DNA of 64,000 nucleotides from Candidatus Woesearchaeota archaeon (GCA_038128845.1 JAYPKL010000001.1:42338-106337), one strand, 5' to 3'. Shown: positions 29,089 through 37,976, counted from the first letter of the stretch. Numbers and translations are program-made. Notes: generated from the sequence alone by a model not told the origin.

Positions 29089-29343
29089 ATGTCTAAATCA
29101 AAATCAAGCGAATTGTTGGGTAAAACAGTAGTTTCTAAATCTGGAAAAAGATTCGGATCATTATCTGATCTAATTTTTGAATCTCGGACTGGTGAATTAA
29201 TTTATTTAGCAATAAAAAGTCCAACAGATTATTGTAGAAGTTTGGAACTTGAAAACGATAAATTATCAGGTCTTTTAATTCCTTTTTCTGCAGTTATATC
29301 TACTGGAGATTTTGTAATTGTTGCAGAAGAAGATATTGTTTAA
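29089..29343 (+). CDS. small PRC-barrel-like protein (hypothetical)
   Basis: 84 aa. Pattern LLGKTVVSKSGKRFGSLSDLIF...GELIYL. A paralog lies at 40707..40967. Confidence 0.35.
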   Translation: MSKSKSSELLGKTVVSKSGKRFGSLSDLIFESRTGELIYLAIKSPTDYCRSLELENDKLSGLLIPFSAVISTGDFVIVAEEDIV

Positions 29344-29780
29344 AAAACGTTTAATATATCTTTGGATTGTTTTAGTAAGTAATCCGATCCATAATCAGAT
29401 AAATAAAATAATTTTGGTCGTCCATCAATTGAAGATACGTGTCCAGTTGTTTCTAATTCATTTAACTTATTACGTATAGTTCTCTCCGATTTTTTCAAAT
29501 TAAATGCTGCCTTAATTTGAATAGAAGATACAGCATAATTTGCATTTATTGCTTGACCTTGCTTCAACATTAATAATAATTGATTTGAACTGATACTTAA
29601 ATTTCTTGCCGCAAGAGGAGTTTCTTTCTTTTGAGGTTTTGAATTTAATTCAAGAATTTTTTCTAATAAAAATTGATATTTTGATTTCATGGTTTCTAAT
29701 TCTGAATTGGTTTTATCGAGTTTAGATTTTAATTTTTCAATATCTGACTTATGGTTATTAAGTATCTCGTAAACATCCAT
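29340..29780 (-). CDS. coiled-coil protein with C-terminal winged-helix-like domain (putative DNA-binding)
   Basis: 146 aa. N-terminal heptad-rich region and a C-terminal segment (ERTIRNKLNELETTGHVSSIDGRPKLFYLSDYG) resembling a wHTH. Shares the MDVYE N-terminus with 61685..62128. Confidence 0.4.
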   Translation of the reverse strand: MDVYEILNNHKSDIEKLKSKLDKTNSELETMKSKYQFLLEKILELNSKPQKKETPLAARNLSISSNQLLLMLKQGQAINANYAVSSIQIKAAFNLKKSERTIRNKLNELETTGHVSSIDGRPKLFYLSDYGSDYLLKQSKDILNVF

Positions 29781-29830
29781 AAAAAATCAGTTAATAAAAT
29801 TATTAAAATTGTTCCATTATTTCCAAAATA

Positions 29831-29853
29831 TACCCCTTTGTTTCCTATGGAAA
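29831..29853 (-). promoter_or_regulatory. origin-recognition-box (ORB)-like element, copy 1
   Basis: TACCCCTTTGTTTCCTATGGAAA. The minus strand reads TTTCCATAGGAAACAAAGGGGTA, which is a TCCA-N3-GGAAAC dyad followed by a G-string. Confidence 0.5.
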
Positions 29854-29893
29854 TACCTTTATTTCCTTTTTTGTGCCTAAAAATTTAATTAGT

Positions 29894-29907
29894 GGAAAAT
29901 TTTTTCC
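29894..29907. repeat. perfect 14-bp palindrome GGAAAATTTTTTCC between the two ORB copies
   Basis: Read directly from the sequence. Confidence 0.5.
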
Positions 29908-29913
29908 AATAAT

Positions 29914-29936
29914 TACCCCTTTGTTTCCTATGGAAA
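29914..29936 (-). promoter_or_regulatory. ORB-like element, copy 2 (identical 23-mer; 83-bp spacing; direct repeat)
   Basis: Identical to 29831..29853. Contains the TAG stop (minus strand) of the Cas4-like gene within its TCCTATGG core. Confidence 0.5.
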
Positions 29937-30620
29937 GTCTTTATCTCGATTGAAACATATGTCTTTAAATTCGCAGTAATTGCAAGCAAATGACTCTTGT
30001 CTTTCGGGAGGCGATTCAGTCTTTAGTGCATATGCCAAAGTGGTTCCTCTTGCTTCCAAATAATTTATCATATCTCTTTTTTCGATCTCATAAACTCTAA
30101 CTTCTTTAAGAGAAAAATAAACTATCTTTAATGCTTTAATTTGTGATTGTCTTAATGGATCAATCATACTGAAATAAGACTGAAGTTGTTTAACGTGTTC
30201 TTCTTTTGGTTCATTGGGAATTCTTTCAATAGTCTTAAATTCATACATAATATTGTCAGATAATACATCTACAAATCCTATTGCGGAAAAAAGTCCAAAA
30301 TCTTTCTTAAGAAAAACTTCGTTTTCATGTTCTTCCAAATGATCTTGAAAAAAATTATGAATTGCATGACCTCTCGAAAAAATCCATAATTTTTCCAAAG
30401 GAAGAGGTATTTCTTCAACTAAGTCGTAATAAGATCGCCTTATGCACGGTCCAGTTAATCGAGTAACTCCAAATCTAGGATTTCCTTCTCTTTTTTTCTT
30501 ACTTTTATTTCTTCCTGCAAGAAGCGCTTTTAATACAACAGGAGGGTAGTGTTCAAAATCTTGTGTTAAGACATCTTCAACGTCTCTTTCAACACCGTCA
30601 GGACACAATATTTTTGTCAT
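29928..30620 (-). CDS. Cas4/RecB-family PD-(D/E)xK nuclease with 4-Cys Fe-S cluster motif
   Basis: 230 aa. N-terminal Cys (ILCPDG), nuclease motifs IGFVDVL / EFK / QLQSY, and C-terminal C-x2-C-x5-C (CNYCEFKDIC). Overlaps the PolD DP2 stop by 4 bp. Confidence 0.6.
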   Translation of the reverse strand: MTKILCPDGVERDVEDVLTQDFEHYPPVVLKALLAGRNKSKKKREGNPRFGVTRLTGPCIRRSYYDLVEEIPLPLEKLWIFSRGHAIHNFFQDHLEEHENEVFLKKDFGLFSAIGFVDVLSDNIMYEFKTIERIPNEPKEEHVKQLQSYFSMIDPLRQSQIKALKIVYFSLKEVRVYEIEKRDMINYLEARGTTLAYALKTESPPERQESFACNYCEFKDICFNRDKDFP

Positions 30621-33600
30621 ATAAATTCACCGAGTCCTTTTTGTTTAGTTAATTCTTTTCCAAATACAGAATCTATTCTTTTTTGTAATAAAACTATGGT
30701 TTCTCTCAAATAAGGCGATACTCCTTCTATTTTCATTAATTCGTGTGTAGCTTCAATATATTTTTTTATTGATCCTTCGCTTATTGTGTAAATTAATTTT
30801 GGATTTTTACATGAATTACATATTCCTGATAAAGGCATTCTTCGATATTTTTCGTTGCATTTTGGACATCTAAATTGTTGCATAGTAAATTTACGTAAAT
30901 TTCCTTTTGTATCTCTTATGAAGTGTCCGTTTACTATTAATTCTGCTAATTTTGGTAAACTAACTGCTCGGATTAATTTGGCCAATTCCACTTGTCCAGC
31001 CATTTTTTCTGTCATAGTGGGCAATGTTTTATATGCAGAAACTAAGACTCCTTCATTCAGATTTGAAACCGGATGTGTGAATAGATGATTTTCGTATTGA
31101 TCAATTGTATCCAGTGTGTCTTTTATTGTTCTTATATTTATATCCCATGGTTCTTTCATTGCTCTAGCACATTCATAAAATTCTAAAGGATATGAATCAA
31201 CAATATTGAGATCGTAAACTTCATCATCAACTTCCTTTGAATTCAAGATTGTTGTAATAACTAAAGGTGCATCCATTGAACGCGAACCTCTTTGATCCGG
31301 TAAAAAATCTCTTGAAAAATTTAAGAATGCATCTAACATGAGCATAATCGAAGTTTCTTCTCCGTCTAAATCTCTTCTCTGTGCGGCATGCCAATATGGA
31401 TGTGCAAGTAAAGCAGAAATTTTAGAAAATCCAATGATCCTTCCGGCAATACCTGCAGAAGTATGTGGCGCGAGTCCGATAATCATTCTGCCAATTAAAT
31501 CTTCTTTTACGGCAATATTATAGTATGCTTTTTGATTATAGAGTCTTGTTAATTCTTCATCAACAAAGTTTGCAGTTCGTAATAAAACTTCAGATCCTGA
31601 TTCAGATCCTAGTTGATCTCCGTCCGGTATTATGACATCTTGCGGAAATATTTCAATTAACTGATTGGCGTCTGTTATTGGGTTTCCTAAATAATCTGAT
31701 TCATAACCTAATTTTTTTAATTTTTTTAGAGTTAATCCTATCTCTATTGGTTTAAAATGAGTAACGCCAAGTTCAGTTCCATCATATCTTATTGTTCCGT
31801 CTTTATTAACTCTTAAAGAAAATTTAGCTCTCAATATGCCTTTAAGAGGGTGTTCTGCATATCTGTGTTTATTTAACGTTCTCTCAACACCTTTTATTAG
31901 TTGAGGTATTTCGTCATCCCATTCGGATATTGTTTTTTTATATAATTCAGATATTTGATATTTGCGTTTTTCAAATGCCCGGACGCGAATGTCTTTCGGA
32001 GGTTGATCGTATTTTATTTTTGTTTTTGGATCAACATATTTTTGTGAAGTATTAAACGAGTCGCAATTTTCACATTTTTTATATAACGACTGTTTATTAC
32101 AATCCAAACAATATAGTAAAGGAAAATCCGAATAAACGTATCCCTTCTTGACTACATCTACAAAATTGTTCATTCTACCTCCTTCCTTCCCTACTGGAAA
32201 TAAAAAATTTGGCGATCCTTTAAGATCTCTCATTTTTGCTTTCTCCGGTCTGCCCATTCTTGCGCCTATTGCTGTACCCCATAAATCTTCGATAGTATAT
32301 TCTGAAAAATCATTAATTAAATTCAAAGAATTTGTATAATTTTCTACATTTGCATCAGTTAGATTTTCATTTAGATTTAATTTTAATGTTTTTAGAATTT
32401 TTTCATCAAATTCAATCTCCGAATTTATATTTCTATGTTCGGCGCCAATTAATTCAATTGATCTTTTTATTGAATCAGTTAACTCCTTTTTTTTGTATAA
32501 GTATTTTGTTAAATCGACCACTTCTTTTGGTGAAATTTCATTCCAGTAAAATATTAATTCTGGATGTAAAGGAATATTGTAGTTTTTTGAAATATTTAAT
32601 AATAATTCATATTCTATTTTTTGTGGTAAAAATGAATCAAAAAAATTTGAATTTAAATTATTTTTTTGTATAAACTCGCTTTTGTTGTCTATTTTTGATT
32701 TTAATATATTGAACCACCATTCCGGACAAAATCCCGGTGGAGCAAGGAAATGATTATTTTCTAAAAATTCTCCTTGGGAAATTAAAATATCTCCCAAAAA
32801 TAAAATCTCAGATATTTCTTTAGTAATTTCGTTTGCTTCCGAAACTGTTTTTGGTTTTACAACAGAACCGTCTTTAAGTTTCAATATTGGTCCTTCGATT
32901 GAATCGCATGCAGTTAAGGATGTTGATTTTCCGGGTCTTTCGACTCTTAATTGAGTTCCTATTGCTAAGTAATCTTTACAAACTGCCATAGTTATCGGAG
33001 ATATTGCCCAAGAACCATGTCCTGTCAATCTAGATCTACCATAACGTAATCTAAATCCTCCTTTTCGCAGAGGGTGAGTAAATATTGGACGTCCCGCAAC
33101 TATTTCAGAGATATAAGAATAGTTTGGTTTTAATTTTGACTCGTCTTTTTTTGAATCAGATCTTGAGTGTATTTTTTTCTTTAATTCCAAGAATTCTTCC
33201 AGCCAATTCCAATCCGATAAATTAAAATCGGAGCCCCATTCCTTTATTTTTTTAAGTACTTTTGCACCTTTTAGAGGAATACAATCCGTTAATAATAATG
33301 CCATTCCGCCTCTTATTCTATCTGTCTCTATACGATCTAAGTTCTTGAAATTTGAAACAGATAATTTTGATGTTGGATCTCCGTTTAGTTCGACAGATAA
33401 GTTTGAAATGATAAATTTCATTTCTTCTTCGGTAGGCTTGTATTGTTTTCGCTCAACTCGATCATAATAATCGGTAACTTCCGTATAAAATCTTCTTATT
33501 TCGTCTTCCGAAGGATCGTATTTATCGATGTTATGTATTTTTCTAACGTAATCAGTTATTACTACTGTTACTGCAGATGCAGTTGCACCTCCCCCTCGAA

Positions 33601-34060
33601 TTGGACCTGCAAAATACATTGCTAAGTATTTTTTTCCATCTCTTCTTTTTTTAAAACGAATATCGATTAAACCCTCTAAGGGTGCTGAAACTGTGCCTTG
33701 CGTTATGTATGCAAATCCTGTTCTTATTCCAATATTTATTGCAGTTATTTGATCATCAAATTTGCAAAATTGTTCCGTAGATATTTCTTCCGCTAATTTT
33801 AGTGCAACTCTCCAATCTCCAAAACCAAATTCGGTTTCTAATTCGTTAATTCTTTTTGGGATTCCTTTTCCGATGATATTGGGAGATATTGATCCCATAA
33901 TTGCTTCAACTCTTTCTGAAACAGATGCTGCTATAGGAATATCTGATTCAAGTTGTGGATCTATTCCTGTTTTTTTAGCTAAGTTTGCAAGACTGTTGAG
34001 TTCGTGTGTTTTTTCATTCATAAAATTAAAATATTTTTGAATAGGTTGTGATGCAATCAT
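30617..34060 (-). CDS. DNA polymerase II (PolD) large subunit DP2
   Basis: 1147 aa with no intein. Assigned by length and architecture, C-terminal Zn-finger cysteines (CPKCN...CNSCK), and position next to orc1/cdc6 and DP1. Confidence 0.85.
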   Translation of the reverse strand: MIASQPIQKYFNFMNEKTHELNSLANLAKKTGIDPQLESDIPIAASVSERVEAIMGSISPNIIGKGIPKRINELETEFGFGDWRVALKLAEEISTEQFCKFDDQITAINIGIRTGFAYITQGTVSAPLEGLIDIRFKKRRDGKKYLAMYFAGPIRGGGATASAVTVVITDYVRKIHNIDKYDPSEDEIRRFYTEVTDYYDRVERKQYKPTEEEMKFIISNLSVELNGDPTSKLSVSNFKNLDRIETDRIRGGMALLLTDCIPLKGAKVLKKIKEWGSDFNLSDWNWLEEFLELKKKIHSRSDSKKDESKLKPNYSYISEIVAGRPIFTHPLRKGGFRLRYGRSRLTGHGSWAISPITMAVCKDYLAIGTQLRVERPGKSTSLTACDSIEGPILKLKDGSVVKPKTVSEANEITKEISEILFLGDILISQGEFLENNHFLAPPGFCPEWWFNILKSKIDNKSEFIQKNNLNSNFFDSFLPQKIEYELLLNISKNYNIPLHPELIFYWNEISPKEVVDLTKYLYKKKELTDSIKRSIELIGAEHRNINSEIEFDEKILKTLKLNLNENLTDANVENYTNSLNLINDFSEYTIEDLWGTAIGARMGRPEKAKMRDLKGSPNFLFPVGKEGGRMNNFVDVVKKGYVYSDFPLLYCLDCNKQSLYKKCENCDSFNTSQKYVDPKTKIKYDQPPKDIRVRAFEKRKYQISELYKKTISEWDDEIPQLIKGVERTLNKHRYAEHPLKGILRAKFSLRVNKDGTIRYDGTELGVTHFKPIEIGLTLKKLKKLGYESDYLGNPITDANQLIEIFPQDVIIPDGDQLGSESGSEVLLRTANFVDEELTRLYNQKAYYNIAVKEDLIGRMIIGLAPHTSAGIAGRIIGFSKISALLAHPYWHAAQRRDLDGEETSIMLMLDAFLNFSRDFLPDQRGSRSMDAPLVITTILNSKEVDDEVYDLNIVDSYPLEFYECARAMKEPWDINIRTIKDTLDTIDQYENHLFTHPVSNLNEGVLVSAYKTLPTMTEKMAGQVELAKLIRAVSLPKLAELIVNGHFIRDTKGNLRKFTMQQFRCPKCNEKYRRMPLSGICNSCKNPKLIYTISEGSIKKYIEATHELMKIEGVSPYLRETIVLLQKRIDSVFGKELTKQKGLGEFI

Positions 34061-34098
34061 ATTGGTATTTTTTTATCAGTAGTTTTTAAAAATCATTA

Positions 34099-34428
34099 TT
34101 GAAAAATATACATATGAGAGGTAGACCTACGTTTAGTCCAATAAGAAATAATTTAGTTGAATTAATTTATTTTATGGGTAGTTCATATGGCTATGATATA
34201 TATAAAAAGTATATTGAAATTTTTCCAAAAACAACTATGCGTTCAATTTATTATCATTTAAATAAAGGATCCAAATTAGGTGTATTTGTAGTTTCTAAAG
34301 TCGAAGAAGTAAAGGGCGATTATTCTTGGGGCATTGGCGTAAGAAGAGTAAATTTCAAATTAGGTCCTAATGCTCAACCTAAAAAAGATTTGATGATTTT
34401 GAAAAAATTAAAATCAATTAAAAAATAA
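34099..34428 (+). CDS. small hypothetical protein, possible winged-helix DNA-binding protein, abutting oriC
   Basis: 109 aa. Basic, with an HTH-like segment (GYDIYKKYIEIFPKTTMRSIYYHLNKG). The stop is 2 nt before the left ORB. Confidence 0.35.
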   Translation: MKNIHMRGRPTFSPIRNNLVELIYFMGSSYGYDIYKKYIEIFPKTTMRSIYYHLNKGSKLGVFVVSKVEEVKGDYSWGIGVRRVNFKLGPNAQPKKDLMILKKLKSIKK

Positions 34429-34430
34429 CT

Positions 34431-34456
34431 CTCACCCTTGCGTTTCTTGTGGAAAA
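34431..34456 (-). promoter_or_regulatory. ORB (origin recognition box), left, inverted orientation
   Basis: The minus strand reads TTTTCCACAAGAAACGCAAGGGTGAG. Confidence 0.5.
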
Positions 34457-34558
34457 TTATTTTATTTATTATAATTTTATAATAAAATATATTAATTAAT
34501 TACTATATTGAAAATAAATAAAATAAAAAATTTTTTTGATATATTATATACAATATAA

Positions 34559-34585
34559 TTCCATAAGAAACAAAAGGGTAGGGGG
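34559..34585 (+). promoter_or_regulatory. ORB, right, forward orientation
   Basis: TTCCATAAGAAACAAAAGGGTAGGGGG. Confidence 0.55.
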
Positions 34586-34645
34586 TTAAAAATTAAAAAA
34601 TTAAGTTTAATATCAAATTAATCAACTAAAATTTTATAAGGTACA

Positions 34646-34658
34646 TTTCCTATGGAAA
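34646..34658. promoter_or_regulatory. mini-ORB dyad TTTCC-TAT-GGAAA overlapping the orc1/cdc6 start codon
   Basis: Same 13-mer core as the ORB copies at 29.8 kb. The ATG at 34652 lies inside it. Confidence 0.45.
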
Positions 34659-35863
34659 TTATGGATTCAGATTTAGACAATTTATTTGATGAATATATTT
34701 CAAAAAAATCTATCTTTTCAAATAAAGAAGCATTGCTTTTACGTTATTTTCCAGAAAATATACCTCATCGATCCGAACAAATAAAAAAACTAGGTATGAT
34801 TTTAGCACCAGCATTAAAAAATAACAAACCATCAAATTTATTTATATATGGAAAAACTGGAACAGGTAAAACTCTGTGTACACAATTCACTATACAAAAA
34901 TTGTTAGAAAAAAGTAAATTAACTGGAGCCAAAATAAAGTATGCTTACTTAAATTGTAAATTAAAAAAAATTGCAGATACCGAATACAGAGTAATCGCCA
35001 GCTTAGCAAAAGAATTGGGCGAAGACGTTCCAGTTACGGGATTACCTACTGACGAAGTTTACAACATATTTATTAATAAAATAGATTCAGAAGATCAAAT
35101 TATTTTTCTTGTGTTGGATGAAATTGACAGATTAGTTAAAAAAAGCGGCGACGAAATACTTTACTCTTTGACTCGAATTAATTCGGAATTAAAAAAGTCA
35201 AAAATATGTTTAATTGGAATATCAAACGATGTTCGTTTTATTGAAGATGTTGATCCGCGGGTAAAAAGCTCTCTTGGTGAAGAAGAATTAATTTTTCCGC
35301 CTTATAATGCGCTGGAATTAAAAGACATCTTAAAAGAAAGAAGCGAAATTGCATTTTCAGAAGATTCTTTGGACTCAGCAGTTTTAGCAAAATGTGCCGC
35401 ATATGCTGCAAAAGAACACGGAGATGCAAGACGTGCACTAGATTTACTCAGAGTTGCAGGTGAAGTTGCAGAAAGAAGTAATGAAGAAATTGTAAAAATG
35501 GAACATATCAAAAAAGCAGAAGAAAAAATAGAAATTAATCGTATTTTTGAATTAGTTAAAACATTACCATCACAATCAAAATTAATTTTATATTCCATAT
35601 TTAATTTATCTGAAACAATAACAAAACTTGAAACGGGCGAAATTTATGAAGAATATAAGAACTTATGCAATATAAACAATAGTGCAATATTAACTCAACG
35701 AAGAATATCTGATTTAATCTCCGAGTTAGATATGCTCGGCCTAATAAATGCAAGATTAATCAGCAAAGGCAGACACGGAAGAACCAGAGAAATTTATTCA
35801 ACAATACCTTCAGATCTAAAAGAAATTTTAATGAAAGATTTAAAATCCGAACTAATGTTATGA
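34652..35863 (+). CDS. orc1/cdc6: Orc1/Cdc6 replication initiator (AAA+ plus winged helix)
   Basis: Walker A IYGKTGTGKT, Walker B LVLDEIDRL, sensor residues, and a C-terminal wH (LGLINARLISKGRHGRTREI). Confidence 0.9.
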   Translation: MEIMDSDLDNLFDEYISKKSIFSNKEALLLRYFPENIPHRSEQIKKLGMILAPALKNNKPSNLFIYGKTGTGKTLCTQFTIQKLLEKSKLTGAKIKYAYLNCKLKKIADTEYRVIASLAKELGEDVPVTGLPTDEVYNIFINKIDSEDQIIFLVLDEIDRLVKKSGDEILYSLTRINSELKKSKICLIGISNDVRFIEDVDPRVKSSLGEEELIFPPYNALELKDILKERSEIAFSEDSLDSAVLAKCAAYAAKEHGDARRALDLLRVAGEVAERSNEEIVKMEHIKKAEEKIEINRIFELVKTLPSQSKLILYSIFNLSETITKLETGEIYEEYKNLCNINNSAILTQRRISDLISELDMLGLINARLISKGRHGRTREIYSTIPSDLKEILMKDLKSELML

Positions 35864-37194
35864 ATTACAAAGATTTAATTAAAACTGCTCAAGAAAACAC
35901 AAAAAAAGAAGTTGTTATTGTAAAAAATAATATCGACGATTTAAAATCAAATCTAAAAGTAGTTAAAGAGTTTGACTATAAACCCAAAAAAGTAGAACCG
36001 TCCGATTTCACACAACACTTCAGAGAAAGATTTAAATTTTTAAGAAACACATTATTCAATCGACCGGAAGCTGCTTCAACAATTTCAATAAATCAAGCAA
36101 AAAAATCTTTTGAAAAAAACATTACAGTAATTGCAATGGTAAATGATGTAACGAGGCTTCCAACTGGAACAATGCTCGTATCTGTAGAAGATCTAACTGA
36201 TCAACTCGAAATAATTATTTCATCAAAAAACAAAGAACTAATAGAAAAATTACAATTTCTTACATTGGATGAAGTACTAATTTTCAAAGGCAACATAGTA
36301 AACGAAAAAATGTTTTTATCAGATATAATTTGGCCAGACGTTCCTGCCAAAAATCCAGAATATGCACCTGATGACGTTTATGCAGTTTTCTCAGGAGACA
36401 TTCATATAGGAAGTAAACAATTTTTACCAAAACAATTCGACACATTTATCGATTGGCTATCTGGAAAAATTGGAAACGAAAGACAAAAAGAAATTGCAAA
36501 AAAAACCAAATATTTCTATATTCCAGGAGATTTAGTTGACGGAATAGGTATATATCCAAATCAAGAAAAAGAGTTAGATATAAAAGATTTGAGAGGACAA
36601 TATGACGCTCTTGCAAGATATCTCGAAAAAGTTCCAGATGACAAACATATAATTATTTGTCCAGGTAATCATGATACTGCGGTCCGTTTAGAAGAACCAC
36701 AACCAAAAATGTACGAATACGCAGAAAAAATTTCAGAATTACCAAATGTAACTATGGTAACAAACCCGTCTTATACAAATATTCATTCATTTGATAATTA
36801 TTCGGGGCAAGATGTTCTAATGTATCACGGATATTCCTTTGATAATTTAATCGATCAAGTTGAAGGATTAAGATTATCCGGCGGTTATGAGTCTGCAGAT
36901 GAAATACATAAATTTTTACTTAAGCGGCGACATTTATCTCCTACTCACAATTTAAACTTAACTTTACCAATAAAAAAAGATCCAATGGTTATAGACAAAA
37001 TTCCCGATATAATGGTGACGGGACATATACACAAAGCAAAAATCGGATCATATAAATCAACCATATCTATTTCAGGAAGTTGTTGGCAATCTATTACGTC
37101 ATTCCAAGAAAAATTGGGACATAAACCGGATCCAGGGATGATACCAATTACCAATCTTAAAACAAGACAAAGCAAGATGTTATCTTTCAAATAA
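35860..37194 (+). CDS. DNA polymerase II (PolD) small subunit DP1 (Mre11-like phosphoesterase)
   Basis: Calcineurin-like motifs FSGDIHIGS, PGDLVD, CPGNHD and GHIH. N-terminal OB-like region. Overlaps orc1/cdc6 by 4 bp. Confidence 0.85.
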   Translation: MNYKDLIKTAQENTKKEVVIVKNNIDDLKSNLKVVKEFDYKPKKVEPSDFTQHFRERFKFLRNTLFNRPEAASTISINQAKKSFEKNITVIAMVNDVTRLPTGTMLVSVEDLTDQLEIIISSKNKELIEKLQFLTLDEVLIFKGNIVNEKMFLSDIIWPDVPAKNPEYAPDDVYAVFSGDIHIGSKQFLPKQFDTFIDWLSGKIGNERQKEIAKKTKYFYIPGDLVDGIGIYPNQEKELDIKDLRGQYDALARYLEKVPDDKHIIICPGNHDTAVRLEEPQPKMYEYAEKISELPNVTMVTNPSYTNIHSFDNYSGQDVLMYHGYSFDNLIDQVEGLRLSGGYESADEIHKFLLKRRHLSPTHNLNLTLPIKKDPMVIDKIPDIMVTGHIHKAKIGSYKSTISISGSCWQSITSFQEKLGHKPDPGMIPITNLKTRQSKMLSFK

Positions 37195-37223
37195 TTTTTT
37201 ATTTAATCAATAACTCCTTTAAA

Positions 37224-37976
37224 ATGATATTATTATTTTATTTAATTTTTTCAGTATTCATCCTACAATTTCTTGCAAAAATAATATCTTCAAATTATGA
37301 TTTAATTTCTTTATTTAACATATTGACTCAAAAAGAATTTTTTCTAATCTCAATATTATTAATTTATTTGCTTTATAGTACATTAACTAAAAAAAATATT
37401 TTTTCAAATTTATTTAAAATAACCATACTTTATGCTATTTTCATATTATTCTCAATTTTTTTCGACGAATTAATTTCAATAATTTTTTCGATTATTCTTA
37501 TTCGTCTGTATTACTTAAAGAAAAATTTAGTTTTACATAATTTTGTTATATTAATGGCATCATTAGGTGTCAGTCTTTTTTTCGGATCTACAATAAAACC
37601 AATGAATGCTTTGATTCTTGCCGGAATTTTTGCAATTTATGATTTTTATGCAGTATATAGATCAAAATTAATGGTAGATATGTTCAATAAATTTTCAAAA
37701 AACAATGCAATTTTTGCAATTATTTTAAGAAGTAAATTAAGACCAAATAATCAATTCATTATGGGTTCAGGAGATTTAATATTTCCAACATTAATTACAG
37801 TATCTTTCAATACATATTTACCGCATCTAACTAATGCGTCCATCTTAGGATCAATCCTGGGATATAGTTTTGTTTTTTATTTAATAAAAAATCAGAAATC
37901 TCATAATCCGGTTCCAGCACTACCACCAATATTATTTTGTATATTTACTTCATTGATTTTCAGACTCTTGTTCTAG
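37224..37976 (+). CDS. presenilin/signal-peptide-peptidase homolog (GxGD intramembrane aspartyl protease, A22 family)
   Basis: Polytopic 250-aa protein with the ordered triad of family motifs: YD (AIYDFYAV), GxGD (MGSGDLIFP) and PAL (PALPPILF). Confidence 0.65.
   Translation: MILLFYLIFSVFILQFLAKIISSNYDLISLFNILTQKEFFLISILLIYLLYSTLTKKNIFSNLFKITILYAIFILFSIFFDELISIIFSIILIRLYYLKKNLVLHNFVILMASLGVSLFFGSTIKPMNALILAGIFAIYDFYAVYRSKLMVDMFNKFSKNNAIFAIILRSKLRPNNQFIMGSGDLIFPTLITVSFNTYLPHLTNASILGSILGYSFVFYLIKNQKSHNPVPALPPILFCIFTSLIFRLLF

Larger units (their letters stand above)
34431..34658. other. predicted chromosomal replication origin (oriC): inverted ORBs flanking an AT-rich DUE, plus a mini-ORB on the orc1 start codon
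   Basis: Left ORB 34431..34456 (minus strand TTCCACAAGAAACGCAAGGGTGAG). AT-rich stretch of about 102 bp at 34457..34558 (>95% A+T). Right ORB 34559..34585 (TTCCATAAGAAACAAAAGGGTAGGGGG). Mini-ORB 34646..34658 (TTTCCTATGGAAA) overlapping the orc1/cdc6 ATG. Confidence 0.6.

Noticed and set aside
30855-34040. Six plus-strand ORFs of 60-113 aa inside the PolD DP2 gene (30855..31088, 31338..31523, 32148..32339, 32332..32673, 33443..33625, 33762..34040)
   Set aside because: They are antisense to a 1147-aa conserved polymerase subunit and have no motifs.
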